Shown here: in pieces, positions 28,597-40,697 of the stretch
Layout: each line of letters begins with the position of its first letter
How positions within the stretch are numbered: the first letter of the stretch is position 1
The notes under the pieces: model-generated
What the model was told of the DNA's origin: nothing
What the model saw: only the letters and a program-made list of their open reading frames with translations
Database searches by the model: none
Translations under genes and position numbers: made by a program
Source of the DNA: Sphingomonas sp.
GTDB lineage: Bacteria; Pseudomonadota; Alphaproteobacteria; Sphingomonadales; Sphingomonadaceae
Direction of reading: 5' to 3'
DNA length: 64,000 bases
Assembly (NCBI RefSeq): GCF_036677245.1
Contig: NZ_JAKFCG010000045.1
Location: forward strand, 4,839-68,838

Positions 28597-30372
28597 ATGG
28601 CACCCGAATTCCAGACAAGCGGCCTCAGCGATGCGCTGGTGATCCTCGGCGCGGCAGGGATCGTCATCCCGGCGTTCGCACGAATGCGAATCACGCCGGT
28701 GATCGGCTTCATCCTGGTGGGGGTGCTGGTCGGCCCCTCAGGCCTCGGCGCGATGACCGGCCAATATCCGTGGCTCAACTTCATCACCATCTCCAACCCG
28801 CATTCGATCGAACCCTGGGCCGAGTTCGGAATCATCCTGTTGCTCTTCTCAATCGGTCTGGAGCTGTCGTTCCGACGCTTGTGGACGATGCGCCGTTTGG
28901 TGTTCGGCGCCGGCGCGGCCGAGCTCTTGGTCTCGGCGGCGTTGATCGGCGGCATGCTCCACCTGATGGGCCAGGGCTGGGCCGGCGCGATCGGCCTCGG
29001 CCTGGCATTGTCGCTCTCCTCGACCGCTCTGGTGCTCCCGCTCGTCGGGACGAAGAGCCCGGTCGGCCGCTCGGCGCTGGCGATGCTGTTGTTCGAGGAT
29101 CTTGCGATCGTGCCGATCATCTTCGCGCTCGGCGCGATGGCCCCTTACGCTTCGGCCGGCGGCTGGAACGGGCTGCTCCAGACCGTGCTGCTCGGTGCGG
29201 TCGTGATTGCGGCGATGCTGATGCTCGGCCGCATCTTCCTGCCCGGCCTGTTCGCGCAGGCGGCGCGGACCAAGAGCCCCGAATTGTTTTTTGCCGCGAG
29301 CCTGGTCGTGGTGATCCTCGCCAGCCTCGCGACGACAGCGGTCGGCCTGTCGCCGATCATGGGCGCGCTGATCGCCGGCATACTGATCGCCGAAACCGAT
29401 TATCAGAACGAGGTCGAGGTGATCACCGCGCCGTTCCGCGGGCTGGCGCTCGGCGTCTTCCTGATCACCGTCGGAATGAGCGTCGATCTGCGCTCTGTCG
29501 CCGCCAATTGGGGCGAGATCTTGCTCGCCGTGGTCGCGGTGCTGTTGCTCAAGGCGGTGGTGACCGCAGGGCTGCTTCGGCTCGGCGGCGCACGAGCCGG
29601 AGTCGCCGCCGAAACCGGGGTCCTGATGTCCTCACCGTCGGAAACCACGTTGATCGTGCTTGGCGCGGCAGCGGCGGCGCAGCTGATCAGCGCCGAGACC
29701 GCGGCTTTCTGGCAGATCGTGACCGCGATCGGCCTCACGGTCACGCCATTGCTTGCGAAGCTCGGCCGGATCGCCGCCCGCCGGGTCGACCGGCGGAGCC
29801 ACGCCGAGCCGGTCGATCTCGCCGAACGCGATGGCGAACCGGCGGTCGTGATCATCGGCTTCGGACGGGTCGGCCGGATGGTCGCCGACATGCTGGCGGC
29901 CCATGGCCGCGACTATATCGCGATCGATTCGAACATCGACACGGTGGCGGAGGCGCGGCGCGAGGGCTTTGCGATCCGGTTCGGCGACGTCTCGCGCAAC
30001 GAGTTCATCGAACGGCTCAACCTGAGCCGCGCCGCCGCGCTGGTGCTGACGATGGACGATCCGGTCATGACCGCGCGGCTGACGCGGCGCGTGCGCGCCT
30101 CCTGCCCCGAACTCACCATCGTCGCGAGGGCCCGCGACTCCGATCATGCCGCAGCGCTCTACCGCGCTGGCGCGACCGACGCGGTGCCCGAGACGCTCGA
30201 ATCGTCGCTCCAGCTGTCGGAAGCGGTGCTGGTCGATCTCGGGATCGCAATGGGGCCGGTGATCGCCTCGATCCACGAGAAGCGCGCCGAACTGCGCAAG
30301 GCGATCATGGAGCTTGCCGAGATCGAGAAGGAGCCCAGGCTTCGGCGCCGGCGATTGACCGACGCCGCCTGA
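28597..30372 (+). CDS. CPA2 K+/H+ antiporter with KTN domain (KefB/KefC-like)
   Basis: Multi-TM with LSLSST and LLFED; C-terminal IIGFGRVG...FGDV..ARARD. Confidence 0.9.
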   Translation: MAPEFQTSGLSDALVILGAAGIVIPAFARMRITPVIGFILVGVLVGPSGLGAMTGQYPWLNFITISNPHSIEPWAEFGIILLLFSIGLELSFRRLWTMRRLVFGAGAAELLVSAALIGGMLHLMGQGWAGAIGLGLALSLSSTALVLPLVGTKSPVGRSALAMLLFEDLAIVPIIFALGAMAPYASAGGWNGLLQTVLLGAVVIAAMLMLGRIFLPGLFAQAARTKSPELFFAASLVVVILASLATTAVGLSPIMGALIAGILIAETDYQNEVEVITAPFRGLALGVFLITVGMSVDLRSVAANWGEILLAVVAVLLLKAVVTAGLLRLGGARAGVAAETGVLMSSPSETTLIVLGAAAAAQLISAETAAFWQIVTAIGLTVTPLLAKLGRIAARRVDRRSHAEPVDLAERDGEPAVVIIGFGRVGRMVADMLAAHGRDYIAIDSNIDTVAEARREGFAIRFGDVSRNEFIERLNLSRAAALVLTMDDPVMTARLTRRVRASCPELTIVARARDSDHAAALYRAGATDAVPETLESSLQLSEAVLVDLGIAMGPVIASIHEKRAELRKAIMELAEIEKEPRLRRRRLTDAA

Positions 30373-30432
30373 GACGGCTTGGGAGAGTCGCGCCGCTCCG
30401 CATTGATTAACCTGGCTTCGTCCCGTCGCGCA

Positions 30433-33093
<2,661 letters not shown>

Positions 33094-33184
33094 GCCCGCG
33101 ATGTAGGCGAGCGCAGGCGGCGGGGCAAGCAAGCCGCACGCCGCGGCTCGGCCGCGCCGTCATGCCGCCGCCGTCGCATCCCGA

Positions 33185-33703
33185 TCACATCCCGACCGGA
33201 ACCTGCTCCTCATTGCTGCCGGGCGCCGGCTGCCGCAGCGCGGCACCCTGATCCTCGGCGATTGCCTCCCGGCTCGCTCGCTCCAATGCCTCCTCGGCGG
33301 TCACTGGAAAGGATGAATAGCGCTCGATCTGGCTCGCTCCGAGGCCGCGATCCGGATCCTCGGCCTCGGCCTCTGCGCGATCGCTAGGCGCGGCAGGTTC
33401 GTCCCACTCGGGAAGCGCTGCTGCGACAATCTCGGGCTCGACGAAATTCCCGCCGCAATCGAGGCAGGCGCTGCGCCCGCTGACGTTGAGCTCGTTGCGC
33501 CAATAATCGGTCGAATCGCTCCATGCGCTCGTCCCCAGCCGGTAGGCCTTGGGAGTGAGATCGGCGAAAAAGCGGGCCGCCTGTGGCGTGCTGAAATAGA
33601 CCGGATTGATCTCGGCGATCGCGCTTCGGCCGAGCTGGACGCCGATCGCGGCCCCGGCGATCGAGAGAGCCGCCATGGCAGGGAGCGCCACTGGATAAGC
33701 CAT
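33185..33703 (-). CDS. Hypothetical membrane-anchored/exported protein with CxxC
   Basis: Hydrophobic N-terminus, AIAEINPVYF, CLDC, acidic tail; GGAG SD; fills the gap between alaS and the EF-G paralog. Confidence 0.7.
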   Translation of the reverse strand: MAYPVALPAMAALSIAGAAIGVQLGRSAIAEINPVYFSTPQAARFFADLTPKAYRLGTSAWSDSTDYWRNELNVSGRSACLDCGGNFVEPEIVAAALPEWDEPAAPSDRAEAEAEDPDRGLGASQIERYSSFPVTAEEALERASREAIAEDQGAALRQPAPGSNEEQVPVGM

Positions 33704-33753
33704 CACCTACTCCAACGCGCGATTCGCAACCGAACTTCGAACCGCCCCGCAAC

Positions 33754-33778
33754 AACGTTGCTTTGGGCCCCCCGTTCC
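33754..33778 (-). promoter_or_regulatory. EcfG/sigmaT general-stress promoter
   Basis: Minus strand GGAAC-GGGGGGCCCAAAGCAA-CGTT (GGAAC-N16-CGTT), 50 bp upstream of the ATG at 33703. Confidence 0.7.
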
Positions 33779-33931
33779 GACGCCAGCGTCGCTTCGCCCG
33801 ATCCGCGGCGCTCCAGACCGCGCAATCTATCATCGGCTCTTGCGCTTGGCCGCTTATGGGTGGAGTCTGCGATCGGAATGGCGCTGACGCGCTCTCTTGC
33901 GGACCGGCGCCCGGGCACGGAGGAGAGATTC

Positions 33932-35959
33932 ATGCCGGAAAGATCGTTGGGCAGCAGGACCGTTGCACTGGTGGGACCAGGCGGCAGCGGCAAGACCACC
34001 TTGGCTGAAGCGCTGCTGCACGCCGCGGGGACGATCGACCGCCAGGGTTCGGTCGACTCGGGGACCAGCATCGGCGACTCCAGCGCCGAAGCCCGCGCCC
34101 GCGGCGGCTCGACCGAGCTCAACCTGCTGCGCTTCGACTATCTCGGCGACGGGTTCACCTTGCTCGACTGTCCCGGCTCTGCCGGTTTTGCTGCCGACGG
34201 CGCGCTTGGTGTCGCGGTCGCCGACATCGCGATCGTCGTGGTCGATCCCGATCCGGAGCGGGCGGCGCTTGCCGAGCCCATGCTCCGCCAGCTCGACGCA
34301 CAGTCGATTCCGCACCTCATCTTCGTCAACAAGGCCGATCAGGCGCGGGGCAGCATGCGCGACCTGCTCGAAGCCTTGCAGCCGCTGAGCGGCGAGCCGC
34401 TGATCGCCCGCCAGATCCCGATCCGCGACGGCGAAAGGATCAGCGGCTTCGTCGATCTCGCGCTGGAGCGCGCCTATCAATATCGCCCGGGAAAGCCGTC
34501 CGAGCTTGCCGAAATCCCTACCGAGCTTGTCGAACGCGAGGCGAAGGACCGCTTTCGCATGCTCGAGCAGCTTGCCGATCATGACGAAGTGCTGCTCGAG
34601 CAATTGCTGATGGACGAACCGCCCGATCTTCCCACCGTGCTCGCAGACCTCGCGCGCGAGACGCGCGACACGCTCGCCATTTCCGTCCTGTTCGGCTCGG
34701 CGCTCAACGGCTTTGGCGTCAGGCGGCTGCTGAAGGCGCTTCGCCATGAAGCGCCGCCGGCGGACAAGGCCGCCGAGCGGCTCGGGGCCGAGCAGGGTTG
34801 CGCGTCCGTCTTCAAGGTGTCGCACGGCGGCGCGCTCGGCCGGCTGGCATTCGCGCGCGTGTTCGGCGCCCCGCTCGAGGAAGGCACCGAGCTGAGCACC
34901 GCCGCCGGCGACTCGATCCGGGTCGGCGCGCTGTTCGCGATGCAGGGCGAAAAAGCGAACAAGCTCCGCCGCGCCGAAATCGGCGATGTGGTGGCGATCG
35001 CGAAGGCGGACGCGGTCGGCGCCGGCGAGTGGCTGGGCGCAGCCGCATCGACACCGCCCGCCCCTGAGGTCGATCTTCCCGCCAGCAATCATGTGCTCGC
35101 GATCACGACGCGCGAGCGCAAGGACGACGTCCGCCTCTCCGCGGCGCTGCACAAGCTCGTCGAGGAAGACCGCTCGCTGCGCTGGGAGCAGGATGAGGCA
35201 TTGCACGAGACGCGGCTCAGCGGGGTCAACGACGAGCATCTTGCCGTCACCCTCGCCCGCCTCAAGCGGCGCTACGGGGTCGCGGTCGACGCGCGCAGCC
35301 CGGCGGTCGGCTACAAGGAATCGATCCGCAAGAGCGTCACCCAGCGCGGCCGGCACAAGAAGCAGTCGGGCGGCCACGGCCAGTTCGGCGACGTGGTGAT
35401 CGAGCTTGCTCCGCTGCCTGCCGGCGAGGGCTTTCGCTTCCAGGAGCGGATCACCGGGGGCGCCGTCCCCAAGCAATGGATACCGGCGGTCGAGCAGGGT
35501 GTGCGCGACGCAATGACCAAGGGACCGCTCGGTTTCCCGGTCGTCGACGTCGCGGTGACCTTGATCGACGGCTCCTATCACAGCGTCGACAGCTCCGAGC
35601 TTGCGTTCCGCACCGCCGGCCGGATCGCGATGTCCGAGGCGCTTGCCGCCGCAGCACCGCATCTGCTCGAGCCGGTCCAGCGGCTGGTGATCATGTGCCC
35701 CGGCAGCGCGACTTCGCGCGTGACCTCGGCGCTCGCGAGCCGGCGCGGCCAGATGCTCGGCATCGCCCCGCGCGAAGGCTGGTCACGCTGGGACCGGATC
35801 GAGGCGATGCTGCCCGAAGCCGAGCTGCGCGGGCTCGACGCGGAGCTACGCTCGCTCAGCCACGGCCTCGCCAGCTACACCGCAGCCTACGATCATCTCG
35901 CCGAGCTCAACGGCAAGCTTGCCGAAGACGTCGTGCACCGCGAGCTCGAGCCGGCGTAG
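33932..35959 (+). CDS. Elongation factor G paralog (EF-G2-like)
   Basis: GPGGSGKTT, DCPGS, NKAD, domain IV KKQSGGHGQFG and GSYHSVDSSELAF; stand-alone, not in an str operon. Confidence 0.9.
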   Translation: MPERSLGSRTVALVGPGGSGKTTLAEALLHAAGTIDRQGSVDSGTSIGDSSAEARARGGSTELNLLRFDYLGDGFTLLDCPGSAGFAADGALGVAVADIAIVVVDPDPERAALAEPMLRQLDAQSIPHLIFVNKADQARGSMRDLLEALQPLSGEPLIARQIPIRDGERISGFVDLALERAYQYRPGKPSELAEIPTELVEREAKDRFRMLEQLADHDEVLLEQLLMDEPPDLPTVLADLARETRDTLAISVLFGSALNGFGVRRLLKALRHEAPPADKAAERLGAEQGCASVFKVSHGGALGRLAFARVFGAPLEEGTELSTAAGDSIRVGALFAMQGEKANKLRRAEIGDVVAIAKADAVGAGEWLGAAASTPPAPEVDLPASNHVLAITTRERKDDVRLSAALHKLVEEDRSLRWEQDEALHETRLSGVNDEHLAVTLARLKRRYGVAVDARSPAVGYKESIRKSVTQRGRHKKQSGGHGQFGDVVIELAPLPAGEGFRFQERITGGAVPKQWIPAVEQGVRDAMTKGPLGFPVVDVAVTLIDGSYHSVDSSELAFRTAGRIAMSEALAAAAPHLLEPVQRLVIMCPGSATSRVTSALASRRGQMLGIAPREGWSRWDRIEAMLPEAELRGLDAELRSLSHGLASYTAAYDHLAELNGKLAEDVVHRELEPA

Positions 35960-35995
35960 CGTGCCCGGCGGCTGCGTGATCACCGCCGGCGCGGA

Positions 35996-36619
35996 TCAGG
36001 CGTAAGCGTAGCGCCCGCCCTTGTGCAGCGCCGCGCCATAGGCCGGGCGCGCGTGGATGCGCTCGAGCCAATCGATCAGGTGCGGACGGCTGGCATCGAG
36101 GCCGGCGCGGGCGCGGCAGAGCTCGAGCGGGAAGCTCATCATGACGTCGGCGCTGGTCAAGCTGTCTCCGGCGAACCAGTCGCGCTTGGTGAGCTCAGCC
36201 TCGAGCCAGTCGAGATGCCCCTCGAGCAGCGCCATGACATTGCCCCGCGCCGGCTTGCCGAGCAGGCCGAGGCGGTCGACGACCAGCAGCGCCAGCAACG
36301 GCGGCATCATCGAGCCTTCGGCATAATGCAGGAATTGGCGGTAGAGCAGCACCGAATCGCGATTGGCGGGAGGGCCGAGTTTGCCGCCCGATTTCTCGAC
36401 GAGATATTCGACGATCGCGCCGCTTTCGGCGATCACGCGTCCCTCATCCTCGATCACCGGCGATTTGCCGAGAGGATGAACCGCCTTGAGCTCGGCCGGC
36501 GCGAGCATCGTCTTGGGATCGCGTGCGTAGCGCCGCACGCGATAGGGCATCTCCAATTCCTCGAGCAGCCACAGGATGCGCTGCGAGCGGCTGTTCTCGA
36601 GATGGTGGACGATGATCAT
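35996..36619 (-). CDS. Glutathione S-transferase
   Basis: HHLENSRSQRILWLLEEL, HPLGKSPV, ESGAIVEYL. Confidence 0.92.
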   Translation of the reverse strand: MIIVHHLENSRSQRILWLLEELEMPYRVRRYARDPKTMLAPAELKAVHPLGKSPVIEDEGRVIAESGAIVEYLVEKSGGKLGPPANRDSVLLYRQFLHYAEGSMMPPLLALLVVDRLGLLGKPARGNVMALLEGHLDWLEAELTKRDWFAGDSLTSADVMMSFPLELCRARAGLDASRPHLIDWLERIHARPAYGAALHKGGRYAYA

Positions 36620-36726
36620 AAGCGCGCGTCTAGCCCAGCTTTGCCCCGGCTGAAACGAAACTTGTGCAACCACGCCGGCTGCCGCATGGCATGATGTGCC
36701 CGTCCGGGCGCCTTTTCAGGATGTTG

Positions 36727-37941
36727 ATGAGCGACCGAACGCACCACAAGCCGCGCCCTGCGCGCGCCATCGGCGAATTCATCGTCCTGACCGCAGCGCT
36801 GATGGCTGCGGGCGCGCTCGCGATCGATTCGATGCTGCCGGCGCTGCCCGCGATCGGCGCGACCTTCGGGATCGAGGACGACAATAGCCGGCAGCTGATC
36901 ATCACCTTCTACCTGCTCGGCTTCGGCGGCGGGCAAATGCTCTACGGCCCGCTCTCGGATCGCTTCGGACGCAAGCCGATCCTCGTGCTCTGCCTGTCGA
37001 GCTACGCCTTGTTCTCGCTGCTGACCGGCCTTTCGGGGAGCTTTGCGGTGCTGCTCGGCGCGCGTCTGCTGCAGGGCATAGCGGCGGCCGGAACGCGGGT
37101 GCTGGTCGTGTCTATGGTACGCGACCAGTTCGACGGGCCGACGATGGCGCGGATCATGTCGCTCTCGTTCATCCTCTTCATGGTCGTGCCGGTGCTCGCG
37201 CCTGCGCTCGGGGAGGCCGTGCTCGCCGCCGCTAGCTGGCGCGCCATTTTCTTCCTGCTGGCGCTCTACGGCCTGTTCCTGGTCGCGTGGCTGCTGCTGC
37301 GCCTGCCCGAGACCCATCCGCCAGACCGGCGGCGTGCGCTTTCGCTCGCCAAGATCCGCGAGGCGGTCGCGACCACGCTGCATCAGCGCGTCTCGATCGG
37401 CAACACGCTCGCGCTGACCCTGGTGGTCGGCGCGCTGTTTGCGTTCATCAACTCGATCCAGCAGATCGTGTTCGACATCTTCGAGCGACCCGATCTGATG
37501 GCGGTGATCTTCGCCTCGATCGCCGGGCCGATGGCGATCACTTCCTATCTCAACTCGCGAATCGTCGAGCGGATCGGCTCGCGCCGGATCATGCTCGCCG
37601 CGCTCCGAGCGTTCGCAGCATTGTCATTGCTCCACCTGATCCTTGTGCTGGCGATCGGCGAGCATCTCATCCTGTTCATCGTCCTACAGGCGCTGGCGAT
37701 GGCTTCGTTCGGGCTTGCCTCGGCCAATCTCAATGCGCTGGCGATGCAGCCGCTCGGCCATATCGCCGGCACCGCCTCCTCCGTGCAGGGGACGATCACG
37801 ACGATCGGCGGCGCGCTGATCGGCCTCGCGGTCGGCCAATGGTTCGACGGCACGACCCTGCCGCTCGTCCTCGCCTTTGCGGTTTGCGGTGTGTGCGGCC
37901 TGCTCACCGCGATCTGGGCCAATCCGCCCGAGCATCGCTAG
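36727..37941 (+). CDS. Bcr/CflA-family MFS drug efflux transporter
   Basis: IDSMLPALP, GPLSDRFGRKP, RLLQG, APALG, LPET; 12-TM pattern. Confidence 0.9.
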   Translation: MSDRTHHKPRPARAIGEFIVLTAALMAAGALAIDSMLPALPAIGATFGIEDDNSRQLIITFYLLGFGGGQMLYGPLSDRFGRKPILVLCLSSYALFSLLTGLSGSFAVLLGARLLQGIAAAGTRVLVVSMVRDQFDGPTMARIMSLSFILFMVVPVLAPALGEAVLAAASWRAIFFLLALYGLFLVAWLLLRLPETHPPDRRRALSLAKIREAVATTLHQRVSIGNTLALTLVVGALFAFINSIQQIVFDIFERPDLMAVIFASIAGPMAITSYLNSRIVERIGSRRIMLAALRAFAALSLLHLILVLAIGEHLILFIVLQALAMASFGLASANLNALAMQPLGHIAGTASSVQGTITTIGGALIGLAVGQWFDGTTLPLVLAFAVCGVCGLLTAIWANPPEHR

Positions 37942-37957
37942 ACGCTGCGCCCGGCGC

Positions 37958-37989
37958 AAAAAGGCCGGGGAAGCCACCCTCCCCGGCCC
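37958..37989 (-). terminator. Intrinsic terminator downstream of recA
   Basis: GGCCGGGGA...TCCCCGGCC stem with an A5 tract on the + side (U tract on the - strand). Confidence 0.7.
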
Positions 37990-38024
37990 TCTGCTCATCT
38001 TGCCTGACGTTTAGATCCTGACGT

Positions 38025-38126
38025 CTAGAGCGGAATGCGCGATATCTGGATCACGCATCCCGCTCTAATCATTTGTTACCGCATCGTTTTCTGCGCAAAC
38101 CGGTTCCCACTTTTGCGCACGATGCT

Positions 38127-38130
<4 letters not shown>
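38025..38130. repeat. MITE-like double-hairpin repeat, copy 1
   Basis: CTAGAGC...GCTCTA + AT-rich spacer + GCATCG...CGATGCTCTAG; CTAG at both ends; similar to 40195-40300 and 49897-50000. Confidence 0.8.
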
Positions 38131-39200
<1,070 letters not shown>

Positions 39201-39253
39201 GGTGCACTGCCCTCCTATGATGTCCGCGCAGCGGGTTCAACGTAGGAAGCGAT

Positions 39254-39288
39254 GTACATGTTATGTTCCACGGGAACAAGAGTGAAAC
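39254..39288. promoter_or_regulatory. Two LexA boxes upstream of recA
   Basis: GTAC-N7-GTTC (39254-39268; GAAC-N7-GTAC on - strand) and GAAC-N7-AAAC (39274-39288). Confidence 0.75.
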
Positions 39289-39337
39289 GAATGCCCCCCG
39301 AACGAAGACTGCCGCGCCACCGACTCCACACGAAAGA

Positions 39338-40177
39338 TCAGGCCGCGCTGGGTTTTGGGCCTCTCCCTCGGACGATCGCCGCGAGCGCCTCCTTCATCGC
39401 CTCACGGAAATCAGCGCGATCATAAACATCATTGTGCCCGGCGTGGGGGATCGTGCGGTCGTAGACCAGTGTCCGTAACGTTCCGCGCAGCGCTTCGGTG
39501 CGGGCTGGCGGGATGATGTCGTCCGCGCCGGCGGCGATGATCGCCACCGGGATCGTTGCGCCGCGCAGCGCCTCGACGGCGTTCATGTCGTGGCGGAACA
39601 ATGCGCGGACCGGCAGCCACGGATAATGATCCCTTGCGACACGGGCGAGCCGATCGAACGGCGTGACCAGAATCACTCCAGCGAGCGGCCGCGCGCTTGC
39701 GAGATGCGCCGCAACGCCGCTGCCGACGCTGAAGCCGACAGCCACGACCGGGCGGGCGGGAAAGCGACGTGCAACCAGATCATGCACCGCGGGCGCGTCC
39801 CTCAGCAGGCCGGCGGCGCTCGGCGTGCCGCTGCTCGGGTGATAGCCGCGAAAGTGGAAGGTCACGATGTCGGCTTCGGGATAGACTTGCTGGAGGTAGA
39901 GAGCGGCGGCATCGGCGTCCCACGTATTGCCGCCGAAACCGAGGATGACCGGTCGCTCGCCTTCGTTCGGCCGCGCGCCGGGCGTGAGATGGACACCCTG
40001 CAAGGTCTCGCCGTCCGACGTCGCGAGGCGCAGTCGCTCGGCACCGGGCGGCAGCGGCGGACCCTCGCGGGCCGCACCCGCCGGAAACAACATCGCCGTC
40101 TGGAGAAAATAGATGAGGACGACGATCGCCGTATAGGTGCCGACGATGAAAAGGGCGACCGACAGGATGCTCTTCAT
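39338..40177 (-). CDS. Membrane-anchored alpha/beta hydrolase
   Basis: N-terminal TM, FGGN, GFSVG nucleophile elbow, ADDII, AGHND. Confidence 0.88.
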   Translation of the reverse strand: MKSILSVALFIVGTYTAIVVLIYFLQTAMLFPAGAAREGPPLPPGAERLRLATSDGETLQGVHLTPGARPNEGERPVILGFGGNTWDADAAALYLQQVYPEADIVTFHFRGYHPSSGTPSAAGLLRDAPAVHDLVARRFPARPVVAVGFSVGSGVAAHLASARPLAGVILVTPFDRLARVARDHYPWLPVRALFRHDMNAVEALRGATIPVAIIAAGADDIIPPARTEALRGTLRTLVYDRTIPHAGHNDVYDRADFREAMKEALAAIVRGRGPKPSAA

Positions 40178-40194
40178 CCCGCGGCGGCTTGCGG

Positions 40195-40300
40195 CTAGGG
40201 CAAGCTGCGATCAGATGGAATCGCAGCCTGCCCTCTAATTGTTTGATGCCGCATTGCTGCTTGCGAAAAGCCGGTACCCACCTTTTCGCGCAATGCTTTA
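40195..40300. repeat. MITE-like double-hairpin repeat, copy 2
   Basis: GCTGCGAT...ATCGCAGC hairpin plus TTTGATGCCGCATTGCTGCTTGCGAAAAGCCGGTACCCAC, which is identical to the reverse complement of copy 3. Confidence 0.85.
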
Positions 40301-40660
40301 CCCGGCCCCGTTGGCGCAGGCGGCGGCGAGCGCCGGCTCGATCGCGTCGATCGTATAGGGCTTGGCGAGCACCGGGGCGCCGGCGTGCGCGGGCGGCGGC
40401 GGATCGATATGGCCGCCGGTGGCGAAGATGAACGGCAAGCCTTCCTGGAGCAGACGGTCGGCGATCGGCCAGGCGTGCTCGCCCTTGAGATGGACATCGA
40501 GGATGGCGATGTCGAACCCGCCTTCGTCAATCTTGGCCATCGCCTCGGCGACGCTGTCGACGGTGCCGGCGACCCGGTGGCCGAGCGAGTCGAGAAAATC
40601 CTCCAGCATCATCGCGATAAGCGGTTCGTCTTCGACGATAAGGATGGAACGACCGGACAC
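40298..40660 (-). CDS. sdrG: Single-domain response regulator, FAT-GUY type (SdrG/MrrA-like)
   Basis: ILIVEDEPLIAMMLEDFL, ILDV, PFIFATGG, KPY; closely resembles Sphingomonas SdrG as recalled, not searched. Confidence 0.78.
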   Translation of the reverse strand: MSGRSILIVEDEPLIAMMLEDFLDSLGHRVAGTVDSVAEAMAKIDEGGFDIAILDVHLKGEHAWPIADRLLQEGLPFIFATGGHIDPPPPAHAGAPVLAKPYTIDAIEPALAAACANGAG

Positions 40661-40697
40661 GAGGCTCGATTAGGGCCAGATCAGAAAAAATCAAAAA

